Assembly (NCBI GenBank): GCA_016795545.1
Contig: JAEUGX010000106.1
Coordinates: forward strand, 3,136 to 67,135
Direction: 5' to 3'
DNA length: 64,000 bases
Origin: Opitutaceae bacterium
GTDB lineage: Bacteria > Verrucomicrobiota > Verrucomicrobiia > Opitutales > Opitutaceae
Below, piece by piece: positions 27,522-36,850 of the stretch. Each line of letters opens with the position of its first letter. Positions within the stretch are counted from its first letter, which is position 1. The translations under genes were made by a program, and so were the position numbers. Under the pieces are notes generated by a model, which saw only the letters and a list, made by a program, of their open reading frames with translations, was not told the origin of the DNA and did no database searches.

Positions 27522-28970
27522 TCACTCCGCGGGCACTTGCCGCAGCAGCTCCGCGGGCGCGCTCACGATTCCGGAGCGGACGACCCGGTGGATCCGCCGG
27601 GTGTGGCGGATGTCGGCCAGCGGGTCGGCGTCCAGGATCACGAGGTCGGCCAGCTTGCCGGGCTCGATGCTGCCCAGGTTCGGCGCCTGGTTGAGCGCGC
27701 GGGCGTTGTGCAGCGTGGCGGCCGTCAGCGCGGCGGCGGGCGGCAGCCCGGCTTCGACCAGCAGCTCCAGCTCCTGGTGCATCGCGGCCCCGGGGGGACA
27801 GAACTGCACGGGCGCGTCCGTGCCCGCCATCAGCGGCACGCCCGCCCGGTAAAGCTCGCCGGTCAGCTGCAGCAGCCGCGTGAAATGCTCCCGCCGCAGG
27901 GCGGCGGTCTCGGGGTCGGCCCCCGCGCGGGACAGGGAGTCGAACCAGAAGCGGCGCAGCCGCGCGGGGATGAGCGCCACGTCGGGGTGCTGCTGGATCT
28001 CCGGCTGGTCGCTGAGCAGCATCCAGTTCCGGAACACCACCAAGGTGGGGTCGACCATCGTGCCGTGCCGCACCAGCAGGTCGAGCAGCGCGCGCGTCGG
28101 CGGCGCGGCGAAGTCGATCTGGTTCTTCAGCGTGAAGATCCGGGTGCGGAGCGCGACCAGATCGGCCCGCGGCATCCGGAGCCGCTCCGCCAGCGGCGGC
28201 AGCCGGGGAAAGTCCGGCGGGAGCAGCCCCTCGAACACCGGGTCGATGTGCTCGATGCTGTCGATGCCGTCGGCGACGGCGTCCTGCACCCGGTACTTGC
28301 CGAGGTGCCCGGTCACCCACTTGCCGTGGCGGTGGGCCTCGCGGATCACCGCCTGGCCGACGGGCCTCTCGGTGCCGACGTAGAGTTTGAAGGTCTGCAC
28401 GCCCCAGGCGACCATGTCGTCCACGTACGCCGGGACCAGCGCCGGGTCCGTCACCGGCCAGCTGACGCCCTGGTGGTACGCGGGATTGCCGTCGATGAGG
28501 TTGCTGGCGAGGAACACGCGGGGCGACCGGCCGGGATGCTCCTCGGCGCTCCGGGCCAGCAGCCGCTGGCCGACCACCTCGTCGCCCGTGTCCCGCACCG
28601 TCGTGACGCCGTGCGCGACGTACAGCGGGAAGATTTCGTCGGCCGTCACGTGCACGCTGCGCAGGATGTGGACGAGGTGCACATGCCCGTCGATCAGCCC
28701 CGGCAGCAGGTAGCGGCCGCGGGCGTCGAGCTCTCCGGCCCCGGCGGGGACGGTAAACGGCTGGCCCGCCGGCACGACCGCGGCGATACGGTCGCCCTCG
28801 ATTACGACCGCCTCGACCGGGCGCAGCACCCCCGCGGCGGGGTCGAACAGACGGCCGCCCCGGATCACGAGCGTGGCGGCGCCGGCGCCGGTCGCGGCGA
28901 AACACGCGGCCAGCAGCAGGAGCAGCGGACCGGTCAGCGGGGAGGGGGAGGCGGGCTTCGGCGGCGGCAT
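27522..28970 (-). CDS. Secreted amidohydrolase-family metallo-hydrolase
   Basis: It has a signal peptide. The metal motif is RYLLPGLIDGHVHLVH. The C-terminus reads GSIEPGKLADLVILDADPL. Confidence 0.78.
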   Translation of the reverse strand: MPPPKPASPSPLTGPLLLLLAACFAATGAGAATLVIRGGRLFDPAAGVLRPVEAVVIEGDRIAAVVPAGQPFTVPAGAGELDARGRYLLPGLIDGHVHLVHILRSVHVTADEIFPLYVAHGVTTVRDTGDEVVGQRLLARSAEEHPGRSPRVFLASNLIDGNPAYHQGVSWPVTDPALVPAYVDDMVAWGVQTFKLYVGTERPVGQAVIREAHRHGKWVTGHLGKYRVQDAVADGIDSIEHIDPVFEGLLPPDFPRLPPLAERLRMPRADLVALRTRIFTLKNQIDFAAPPTRALLDLLVRHGTMVDPTLVVFRNWMLLSDQPEIQQHPDVALIPARLRRFWFDSLSRAGADPETAALRREHFTRLLQLTGELYRAGVPLMAGTDAPVQFCPPGAAMHQELELLVEAGLPPAAALTAATLHNARALNQAPNLGSIEPGKLADLVILDADPLADIRHTRRIHRVVRSGIVSAPAELLRQVPAE

Positions 28971-29032
28971 GGCGGCGTCAGCCTACGTCGGGCGGCGCCG
29001 ACTGCAAGTCCGCGTGCGGTCGGGCGCCGGGC

Positions 29033-29974
29033 TCAGTTGACGACGTTCTGCGGCTTGCCGGCCAGGAAGGCGCGGACGTTGTCGACGGCGGTCGCGAGCA
29101 GGCGGGAGCGGGCGGCGCGGGTGGCCCAGGCGTTGTGCGGCGTGATCACGCAGTGGCGCGCGGCGAAGAGCGGGTTGCCCGGCGCCGGCGGCTCGACCGA
29201 CAGCACGTCGAGAGCGGCGGCGGCCAGCCGGCCCCCGTTGAGCGCGGCGGCGAGGTCGGCCTCGTTGATCAGCGGGCCGCGGCTCGTGTTGATGAGGAAG
29301 GCCGTGGGCTTCATCAGGGCGAGCGTGCGCGCATTGATGAGCTCCTTCGTGTCGGGCGTCAGCGGGCAGTGCAGGCTCACGACGTCGCTGGTCCGCAGCA
29401 CCTGCTCCAGCTCGGCGCGTCCGCCGGCGCGCGTGGCGTATTGCACCTTCATCCCGAAAGCCTCGCCCAGCTGCGCCACGGCCTTGCCGATCCGGCCCGA
29501 GCCGACGATGCCGAGCGTCAGGCCGTCCAACTCGACGAGGGGCGTGTCCCAGTAGCACCAGTCCGTGCTTTTCGCCCAGCGGCCTTCGCGGACAGTCTGC
29601 GCGTGGTGGCCGACGTGCTGGGTCAGCTCCAGGAGCAGGGCGAAGACGTGCTGGGCCACGGAACGGGTGCCGTAGGTGGGCACGTTGGCGACCGGGATGC
29701 CGCGGGCCCGGGCCGCGGCCACGTCGATCACGTTGTAGCCGGTGGCCAGCACGCCGATGTACTTCAGATCGGGCAGGCGGGCGATCGTGTCGGCAGTCAG
29801 CGGCGTCTTGTTCGAGAGCAGGACCGCCGCGCCCCGGCTGCGCGCCTCGAGGTCCGCGGCCGGCGTGCGCGGATGGATCTCGACCCGGCCCAGCGCCTCC
29901 AGTCCGGACCAGGAGAGGTCGCCGGGATTCAGGGTCTGGCCATCGAGCACGACAATTTTGACGGGATTGTTCAT
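29033..29974 (-). CDS. D-2-hydroxyacid (glycerate/hydroxypyruvate-type) dehydrogenase
   Basis: Motifs are TLGIVGSGRIGKAVA, LINTSRGPLINEADL, AALDVLS and VITPHNAW. Confidence 0.85.
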   Translation of the reverse strand: MNNPVKIVVLDGQTLNPGDLSWSGLEALGRVEIHPRTPAADLEARSRGAAVLLSNKTPLTADTIARLPDLKYIGVLATGYNVIDVAAARARGIPVANVPTYGTRSVAQHVFALLLELTQHVGHHAQTVREGRWAKSTDWCYWDTPLVELDGLTLGIVGSGRIGKAVAQLGEAFGMKVQYATRAGGRAELEQVLRTSDVVSLHCPLTPDTKELINARTLALMKPTAFLINTSRGPLINEADLAAALNGGRLAAAALDVLSVEPPAPGNPLFAARHCVITPHNAWATRAARSRLLATAVDNVRAFLAGKPQNVVN

Positions 29975-30085
29975 AGGAGGAAGCGGGTGATCGGGAAGGG
30001 GGCGTCATTGCAGACGAATCCGCCCCGCGCTGCACGCCTGTTATGTGTCATCACGGCCGCCCCGGCCGGACCCGCCGTCGTCCCC

Positions 30086-30769
30086 CTAGGCGAACGGCCG
30101 GCTGCGGAAGCGCGGCCAGTCGTGCGCGGCGTGAAAATCGAGGAGGCGGTGCGCGGAGGTGGAGGAGAACACCGGCGCACGCCCGGGCCCGCAGTCGTAG
30201 CGGCAGAACGAGAGCTGCCACTCGGCTTCGGCCTGCGCGCCCGCGGCCGGCACCAAAGGGGCCACGGGAATCCGGGCGGCGATCCGCCACCGGTTCCGCG
30301 CGGGCTCGGCGGCGACCTGCGCCGTGAAATGCGGCGACTCCAGCAGGTAGCGCTCGACCCCGCCGGAACGATCCGCGTAGAGGCGCGGATACCGCAGGTC
30401 GAGCGTCACGCCGTTCGGCGCCGTGTGGAATTCCCAGTACTCGGGCCGGGCGGTGTGCCGCACGAAGATCTCGAACACGTCCCCCAGGTCCCACAGCGGG
30501 TCATTGTGCCGGCGCGCCGCCGTGACGAGGTCGTGGTCCTCCAGCTCCGCGAGCACCACCAACGCCGTCGGCGTCGTGGCCGGCCAGACACGTCCGGGCC
30601 GCAGCTCCGGCTGCTCCGACGGGAGCCAGGCCTGGCGGAAGGGCAGGGGCGGCACGCCCGCCAGCGCGGGCGGCGGCCAAACGGGGGCGGCGAGCCACCC
30701 GGCAAGGTCGTCGGCCGGGAGACGGGCCAGGAGCGGCGCGGCGTCAGGCGGGACGTTCTTCCCGGACAT
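30086..30769 (-). CDS. Hypothetical protein, CBM9/DOMON-like carbohydrate-binding-fold candidate
   Basis: LWDLGDVFEIFVRHTARPEYWEFHTAPNGVTLDL and ...WQLSFCRYD...FHAAHDWPRFRF resemble the CBM9-like pattern. It has no signal peptide. Confidence 0.45.
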   Translation of the reverse strand: MSGKNVPPDAAPLLARLPADDLAGWLAAPVWPPPALAGVPPLPFRQAWLPSEQPELRPGRVWPATTPTALVVLAELEDHDLVTAARRHNDPLWDLGDVFEIFVRHTARPEYWEFHTAPNGVTLDLRYPRLYADRSGGVERYLLESPHFTAQVAAEPARNRWRIAARIPVAPLVPAAGAQAEAEWQLSFCRYDCGPGRAPVFSSTSAHRLLDFHAAHDWPRFRSRPFA

Positions 30770-30774
30770 CGCGC

Positions 30775-31596
30775 TCAGGCGTAGGTGGACTTGGCCGGGG
30801 CGCGGGAGGCGGGGGGCAGCGCGCCGATCTGGCCGCGCATATGCTCGATGCGCTGGCGGAAGTATTCGCCGAGGCCCCAGACGTCGGAACCGGAGCCGAT
30901 CATGCTGTAGCCCTCGGCGACGAGCTCGGGCAGGGGAGCCATGGGCCCGGGGCTCATGGCGAACTTGCCGTGCTTGCGGGCGGCGGCGCCGATGCGGCGG
31001 CGGGCGGCGACGACCTCGGGGGCGCCGACGTCACCGGGCTTGCCGATGCGGTGGCTGAAGTCGCCGGCGCCGAACATGAGCAGGTCGAAGCCGGGCACGG
31101 CGGCGATGGCCTCGACGTTCTCCAGGCCCTCCGGTGACTCGATCTGGATCATCACGATCCGCTCGGAGTTGGCATGCCGGAGGTACTCGTCCATGGGCAG
31201 CTGGCAGAACTGGCCGTCGATGTTGCCGCCGTCCAGGGCGCGCTTGCCCAGCGGGTGAAAGCGGGTCCACTCGACGATCTGGCGCGCCTGCTCGACGGTC
31301 TCCACATGGGGGACGATGATCCCGGTGGCATCCGCCTCCAGCGGTCGGATGTAGTCGCTGTAGCTGCCCCGGGCCACCCGCACCAGGCTGTCGATGTCAT
31401 GCACCCGCGCGGCCCGGATCTGCTGCTCGATGCCGATCCAGTCGTTGGCCACATGCTCCGTGCACAGCCACACCGCGTCCGGCTGGGCCAGCCCCGCCAG
31501 CTCGATCACCCGCGGATCCGAGAGGTTTATCTTCAGCACCATCGGCACCTCGCCGGCTCGGAGCTTGCGCAGAATTCGACTGGGACGGGGTTTCAT
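30775..31596 (-). CDS. HpcH/HpaI-family aldolase, paralog of 17783..18598
   Basis: It aligns residue-for-residue with the other copy from MKPRPSRIL (versus MKPRRSRVL). Shared blocks include KINLSDPRV, EADATGI(I/M)VPHV and GKPG. The starts at 31605 and 31632 are alternatives. Confidence 0.82.
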   Translation of the reverse strand: MKPRPSRILRKLRAGEVPMVLKINLSDPRVIELAGLAQPDAVWLCTEHVANDWIGIEQQIRAARVHDIDSLVRVARGSYSDYIRPLEADATGIIVPHVETVEQARQIVEWTRFHPLGKRALDGGNIDGQFCQLPMDEYLRHANSERIVMIQIESPEGLENVEAIAAVPGFDLLMFGAGDFSHRIGKPGDVGAPEVVAARRRIGAAARKHGKFAMSPGPMAPLPELVAEGYSMIGSGSDVWGLGEYFRQRIEHMRGQIGALPPASRAPAKSTYA

Positions 31597-31713
31597 GGAA
31601 ATCATGGGTTGGGCGACAACCTCCGGCGACATGGCGGAGCTACTTGTCTTATTTTGTATGCAAGAAAAGTCAAAGTTGGGATTTTGAAAGCAAAAACAGC
31701 GGTAATTCATGGT

Positions 31714-31727
31714 CTTTCCACGGAAAG
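31714..31727. promoter_or_regulatory. Inverted repeat CTTTCC-ac-GGAAAG in gntR/aldolase divergent region
   Basis: It is seen directly in the sequence. It lies in the AT-richer 209-bp region 31597-31805. Confidence 0.25.
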
Positions 31728-31805
31728 TCGGGGCAATCCGAGGTATTGACATTCAACCAAGCACAGGTTTCCTGCGTAGGTAAATATCTGCATTCAAGAT
31801 AGTTC

Positions 31806-32597
31806 ATGCCTAGAAAATCCCTTAGCAGCGGTACCGTGGAGAACGCGCACACCAATCAGGCGTGTGAGTTTATCCGGCACAAGATCCTCAGCGGAGCCTA
31901 CCCGCCGGGGTATCGGCTGAAGACGATTGCGCTGGCGAAGGAGTCGGGGGTCAGCCGGACGCCGGTGCGCGAGGCGCTGCGGCAGCTGCAGACCGAGGGG
32001 ATTGTCGACATCCGCCCGCGGCTGGGGGCCTGCGTGCGGGAGATCAATTTTCGCGAATTCAAGGAAATGTGCGAGCTGCGCCTCACGCTCGAGTCTTTCT
32101 CGGCCGAGCTGGCGGCGACGAACCACAGCCTCGAGGATATCGTCGAGATCCAGGACGCGTTCGAGAACATGCAGGTGCTGGTGGGCAAACTCGAAACCGC
32201 GACCGAGATCGACCCGCTCGTGCAGGAGCTGGCGAAGCAGGACATCCGCTTCCACCTCGCCATCCTGAATGCGGCGGGCAACAGCCTGCTGAAGGCGGAT
32301 GTCCTGCGCCTCCACCTCTTCAACAAAATCGTCAACATCAACTTCATCCGGCTCAACCGGGACAACGATTCCGCGCTGGCGAATACCGACAACCAGGAGC
32401 GCCGCCGGTGGGTGCTCGAGTGCCACCGGAAGATCTTCGAGGCCATCAAGGCTAGGCAGCCCGAAGCCGCCCGACAGACCATGCGCGAGCATTTGAAGGA
32501 CATTATCGATCGGAGCGTGATCGCCATGGCACGGAACGAGAAACGGTTCGAGTCCCTCCGCGCCGCGGATTCGGAGCTGTTCTACGCCTCGACCTGA
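31806..32597 (+). CDS. GntR-family (FadR/FCD subfamily) transcriptional regulator
   Basis: The wHTH reads YRLKTIALAKESGVSRTPVREALRQLQTEGIVDIRPRLGACV. It is followed by a helical FCD-type C-domain. The gene has lower GC than its neighbours. Confidence 0.88.
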   Translation: MPRKSLSSGTVENAHTNQACEFIRHKILSGAYPPGYRLKTIALAKESGVSRTPVREALRQLQTEGIVDIRPRLGACVREINFREFKEMCELRLTLESFSAELAATNHSLEDIVEIQDAFENMQVLVGKLETATEIDPLVQELAKQDIRFHLAILNAAGNSLLKADVLRLHLFNKIVNINFIRLNRDNDSALANTDNQERRRWVLECHRKIFEAIKARQPEAARQTMREHLKDIIDRSVIAMARNEKRFESLRAADSELFYAST

Positions 32598-32660
32598 GCT
32601 ACGCACCGGACCGCCGGTGCGCTTTGGCGAGGCTTGGTAGACTATGCATACATTCTGGGT

Positions 32661-32680
32661 GGAATGATTTAATTCATTCC
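32661..32680. promoter_or_regulatory. Inverted repeat GGAATGA-tttaat-TCATTCC upstream of TonB-receptor operon
   Basis: It is seen directly in the 318-bp low-GC gap 32598-32915. Confidence 0.25.
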
Positions 32681-32806
32681 TATTTAATAATTAGCGAATA
32701 ATCGTTATTGATCCTTATGGGCGGATATTCGCCCGGACGTAGTCGATTCGCAGCGGCCTAGGAAGAAAATGGAGATTGACACTTTCTATGTGTGCAAAAT
32801 ACATCC

Positions 32807-32820
32807 AAATGCATGCAATT
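32807..32820. promoter_or_regulatory. Near-palindrome AAATGCATGCAATT (core TGCATGCA) upstream of TonB-receptor operon
   Basis: It is seen directly in the sequence, about 95 nt upstream of ATG 32916. A TTGACA hexamer lies at 32776-32781. Confidence 0.25.
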
Positions 32821-32915
32821 GTTCGCGCTGCATGTCATGTGACCGAAAATTGCACGCTTTATTCCCGTTCGCGGGACCCTCTCGTCGCCTAACCTAACAA
32901 CGTTTGTTCCCATCC

Positions 32916-35054
32916 ATGAAGAACACCAAACCGTTCCCCATCGCCGAGGGCTGCCGGACCAAGTCGCTGGCTCTCGTTCTCGCTGTTTGTCTTCCGCTGG
33001 CCGCCCACCTTTCCGCCCAAGGCACCGCTGCGTCGAAGCCGGCCGAGGCGGAGAGTACCATCAAGTTCGATCCGTTCACCGTGACAGAGAAGAGGTCCTC
33101 CGCCTGGAATTCTCAGCAGACCTTCTCGGGCAGCCGCGTGGCGGAGAACATCATGAATCTCCCGGTCAACATCAGCATCATCAACGAGAATTTCCTGAAG
33201 GACCTGGGCGCGGGGAACCTCCTCGAGGCGCTGTTTTATGCGGGCAGCGGCGTGAATTCGCGCGTGAGCTACCGCGACGACATCAGCATCCGCGGGTTTC
33301 GCGAGTCGCCCATCCGCGACGGGCTGAATGTCACCAGCTACGCCAACACGCCGCTTTACGATATCGAGCGCATTGAGGTCGTGAAGGGCCCGACGGCGCT
33401 GGTGTACAGCAATGCCGCGAACATCGGCGGCACCGTCAACTACGTCACCAAGCGTCCGACCGCGACTCCGCAGGGCGACCTCGACGTCGTCGTCGGCCTC
33501 GATAACCGCTATGGCTTCGACATCACGCAGCGCGGCCCGATCAACGCCAGCGGCAGCGTCCGCTACCGGGTCACGGGCGGCCTCCAGCAATACGACGGCT
33601 TCCGTCCCCTCGAGTACGAGAACAACCGCCTCGCGAGCGCCAGCGTCGACTGGACCGTAAGCAAGGACCTCGTGTTCAAGTTTGATGCCGGCTACTACTC
33701 GGTCGTCCGCCGCGACTTCACCCGCTACCTGGTCGATCCGGTGACCCGCAACCTGGCCAACCTGCCGGACGACTTCACGACGACCTCGGAGTGGTCGAAG
33801 GTCGCCACCTCGACCTATCGCGCGCGCATCGAGGGCGTCTATACCCCCACCCAGGACCTGTCGGCTCGCGTGCTCGTCGGCACCTTCCAGAACGACTACA
33901 ATTACTTCGTCCCGCAGCCTACGCCCGGACTCAAGGCCGCCGAGGCCCCCAACTTCCTCACGGTCGGCCAGCGCCTGCTCGATTTCAAGCTGAAGGATGA
34001 GCTCCGCGACATCCAGGCCGACGTGGTGTGGAATCGCGAGGTCGGCCCGACGAAGAACCGCTTCGGCTTCGGCTTCGCCTGGAGTTCCAGCCTCAACATC
34101 CAGACGCTTTCCGCCGGGACGCTGCCGGATATCATCATCGCCCAGCCGATCTCGGCGCGTCCGCTGCCGTCCGCGCCGACGACCTGGAGCTACCTGCTCG
34201 GACCCAACCTGAAGGCCAAGGGCAGCGGCTGGACCGGTTACGTGCAGGATTCGCTCACGCTCCTGAACGACAAGCTGATCCTTTCCGCGGGCGTCCGCTA
34301 CATCGACGCCTCCGCCACCTCCAACGGCGTTTCCAACACCGTGCCTCGCTACGGGGTGGTCTACAAGCACACGGAGAACCTTTCGTTCTACGGCGGTTAT
34401 GCGGAGTCTTACCGCCCGCTGGTCGGTTTCGACGTGTTCGGCAAGCCGCTCGTCGACATCGTGGGCCGCAGTCAGGAGGTCGGCGCCAAGCTGAACCTCT
34501 TCAACGGCCGCCTCTTCGGCTCGGTCGCCTACTTCGACGTCATGAACGACCCGGTGATCACCCAGGTCCAGGGCATCCACCCGGTCACTGGCCTGCTCGT
34601 GTTCGGCAACGCCCAGACCGCCAAGGAGACGAACAAGGGCATCGAGCTAGACATCGGCACGGTGCTCGACGTGGGCGACGGCGAACTGCTGGTCTTCGCG
34701 ACCCTGTACGATGCCGATCCCCGCAACAACGTCGGCGCCAAGCCCGCGCGTGTCGTCACCTACAAGGGCACGCTGTTCGCCAAGTACGAGTTCAAGAAGG
34801 GCTCGCTCAAGGGCTTCAGCTTCGGCGGCGGCCTCTCGGAGTTCGGCGACCAGATCGGCACCGGCATCCCGCTGCAGCCGGGCTACACGCTCTACAACGC
34901 CTTGTTCGGCTACAAGGCCGCGAAATGGGGCCTCCACCTGAACATCGACAACCTGGGCGACAAGAAGAACGCCATCGTCGGTTCCGAGGCCAATTTCGCG
35001 GTCGGCGTGGCCCGCCCGCTCGACGCCCGTCTCACCTTCTCCTATGAGTGGTGA
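32916..35054 (+). CDS. TonB-dependent outer-membrane receptor
   Basis: It has a signal peptide. The plug region reads FDPFTVTEKR...NIMNLPVNISII...IERIEVVKGPTALVYS. It has a long beta-barrel and a C-terminal aromatic residue (...RLTFSYEW). I prefer ATG 32916. Confidence 0.9.
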   Translation: MKNTKPFPIAEGCRTKSLALVLAVCLPLAAHLSAQGTAASKPAEAESTIKFDPFTVTEKRSSAWNSQQTFSGSRVAENIMNLPVNISIINENFLKDLGAGNLLEALFYAGSGVNSRVSYRDDISIRGFRESPIRDGLNVTSYANTPLYDIERIEVVKGPTALVYSNAANIGGTVNYVTKRPTATPQGDLDVVVGLDNRYGFDITQRGPINASGSVRYRVTGGLQQYDGFRPLEYENNRLASASVDWTVSKDLVFKFDAGYYSVVRRDFTRYLVDPVTRNLANLPDDFTTTSEWSKVATSTYRARIEGVYTPTQDLSARVLVGTFQNDYNYFVPQPTPGLKAAEAPNFLTVGQRLLDFKLKDELRDIQADVVWNREVGPTKNRFGFGFAWSSSLNIQTLSAGTLPDIIIAQPISARPLPSAPTTWSYLLGPNLKAKGSGWTGYVQDSLTLLNDKLILSAGVRYIDASATSNGVSNTVPRYGVVYKHTENLSFYGGYAESYRPLVGFDVFGKPLVDIVGRSQEVGAKLNLFNGRLFGSVAYFDVMNDPVITQVQGIHPVTGLLVFGNAQTAKETNKGIELDIGTVLDVGDGELLVFATLYDADPRNNVGAKPARVVTYKGTLFAKYEFKKGSLKGFSFGGGLSEFGDQIGTGIPLQPGYTLYNALFGYKAAKWGLHLNIDNLGDKKNAIVGSEANFAVGVARPLDARLTFSYEW

Positions 35055-35103
35055 GTTCGGTTCTTCGGACCGCCGTTGACCACCGGTAGTCCTTGCCTCA
35101 TTC

Positions 35104-35135
35104 GATCCCAGGCGGGTTGCCTCCGCCTCGGGATC
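35104..35135 (+). other. Strong intercistronic RNA hairpin (12-bp stem, one bulge) between receptor gene and first propeller gene
   Basis: GATCCCAGGCGG-gttgcct-CCGCCT(c)GGGATC. No T tract follows. It lies in the 144-bp gap 35055-35198. Confidence 0.4.
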
Positions 35136-35198
35136 ACCTGGACACAGGGCAAAGCCACCCGCCCGGATCTGCTTCCGGGCCACTTCAGGATCCATCCC

Positions 35199-36761
35199 AT
35201 GATTAAGTCACACCTGATGGCGTTGTTCGCGACCCTGCTGCTGGCGGGCTCGCTGGCGCCGGCGGCCACCACCCTCGACGTGGGTTCCCGCCGGCAGCTT
35301 TTCTTCGACGATCGCTTCGTGGAACAGGCCCAGGGCGTCACCTGGCGCCTCAACCCCCCGGTCAAGCACGGCCCCGTCCTGCTCGGGACCGACCCCTGGG
35401 ACAACGGCATCGTCACCGGCGCGGGCACCGTGATCGAGGATGGCGGCCGCTTCCGCATGTGGTACACGGCCTGCCCGGCGTCCGGACATCCGCTGGCGCC
35501 GTTCCGTCTGTGCTATGCCGAATCGACCGACGGCATCACCTGGGTGAAGCCGAACCTCGGCCTCTACGACTGGCAGGGCTCCCGGGCGAACAACATCATC
35601 ATGGACAGCAATATTGAGAACGGCGGCGGCATCTTTCTCGATCCGAAGGCTCCGCCGGCCCAGCGCTACAAGCTGCTGGCGCGGTTGTCCGCAAAAACCG
35701 TCGTGGCCGCCGGCAGCGATCCGCAGGTCGGCAACGCGCCGAACGGCTCCGGGATGTACCTCTACACGTCTCCGGACGGCCTGCACTGGACGCTGCAGCC
35801 GACTCGCGTTTTCCCGTTCGATCCCGACACGGTCAATATGGCGCTCTATGACGACCGCACGGGCAAATACCTGGCGTACCTGCGCACCTGGGCCCGCATG
35901 CAGCGGCGGGTGGGGGTGGTGGAGACGGACGATCTCCTGCGCCCCTGGCCCTACGACCAGTCCCAGCCGGGCCGGACCATCGCGGAAATGACCGTCTACA
36001 GCTCGAAGACCGTCGTGCCCACCACCGAGATTCCCGATGCCTACGGTGTCGACGCCGACGACCCGCCCGACACCGATCACTACACGTCGGCCGTGGTCAA
36101 GTACCCCTGGGCCGAGGACGCCTATTTCATGTTCCCCAGTCCGTATCGGCACTTCCCCGAACCGCCTGCCAGCAAGTACCGCAACGACGGCCTGCTCGAC
36201 ATCCAGCTTGCGGTCAGCCGCGACGGCAGGAAGTTCCGGGCCGCCTCGCGCTTTCCCTACATCGAACTGGGCCTGCCCGACGCGCGCGACCGCGGCTCGC
36301 TGTACATGTACATCGGCATGCTGCGGCGCGGGAACGAGATCTTCCAATACTACGGCGGCAACGACTGGAGTCACGGAGAGTATGCCGGCGTCCCGGAAAT
36401 GCGGCATCGCGGCGGCGTGATGCTGGTCCGCCAGCGGGTCGACGGGTTCGTCGCCCTGGAAGGCAGCGAGCAGGGCGGCTCCTTCGTCACCCCCCCGCTG
36501 ACGTTTGCCGGCTCCGGCCTCTACCTGAACTACAATGCGTCGGCCCTCGGCACGCTGCTGGTCGAGCTGCGCGATGCGTCCGGCCGGCCGCTCGAGGGCT
36601 TTACCTTCGCCGACTGCGACACCCTGGGCGGCAATCACACCGACCGACGCGTGACCTGGCGGCGCGGCGAAGGCGACGTCGGCGCCCACGCGGGCCGGCC
36701 GGTCCGGATTGCCGTGCGGCTGCGGACGGCCAAGCTGTTTGCGTTCCAATTCCGCCCCTGA
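35199..36761 (+). CDS. Secreted Asp-box beta-propeller + C-terminal beta-sandwich protein (glycoside-hydrolase-like), paralog 1 of tandem trio
   Basis: The start is ATG 35199. It has a signal peptide. Asp-box motifs are AESTDGITW, TSPDGLHW and VSRDGRKF. The C-terminus reads VDGFVAL...LYLNYNAS...LLVELRDASGRPLEGFTFADCD...LFAFQF. Confidence 0.72.
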   Translation: MIKSHLMALFATLLLAGSLAPAATTLDVGSRRQLFFDDRFVEQAQGVTWRLNPPVKHGPVLLGTDPWDNGIVTGAGTVIEDGGRFRMWYTACPASGHPLAPFRLCYAESTDGITWVKPNLGLYDWQGSRANNIIMDSNIENGGGIFLDPKAPPAQRYKLLARLSAKTVVAAGSDPQVGNAPNGSGMYLYTSPDGLHWTLQPTRVFPFDPDTVNMALYDDRTGKYLAYLRTWARMQRRVGVVETDDLLRPWPYDQSQPGRTIAEMTVYSSKTVVPTTEIPDAYGVDADDPPDTDHYTSAVVKYPWAEDAYFMFPSPYRHFPEPPASKYRNDGLLDIQLAVSRDGRKFRAASRFPYIELGLPDARDRGSLYMYIGMLRRGNEIFQYYGGNDWSHGEYAGVPEMRHRGGVMLVRQRVDGFVALEGSEQGGSFVTPPLTFAGSGLYLNYNASALGTLLVELRDASGRPLEGFTFADCDTLGGNHTDRRVTWRRGEGDVGAHAGRPVRIAVRLRTAKLFAFQFRP

Positions 36762-36850
36762 ACCGCGTGAGCCCGCCCCGGCAGTCGAGGTCCTCGGCGG
36801 CGCAACAACCCCTGACCACGGGCCTGCCCGCGAGTCCACTCCCTGCATTT

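Noticed and set aside
32776-32804. TTGACA hexamers at 32776 and at 31746 could be sigma-70 -35 boxes.
   Set aside because: No convincing TATAAT-like -10 lies at 16-18 nt spacing; the best candidates match about half the positions. I mention them only as context and do not call them promoters.
31597-32915. The low-GC patch around gntR could be a horizontally acquired mobile element.
   Set aside because: There is no integrase or transposase, no terminal inverted or direct repeats, and no tRNA. The AT-rich parts coincide with intergenic promoter regions, which are normally AT-richer in GC-rich genomes.
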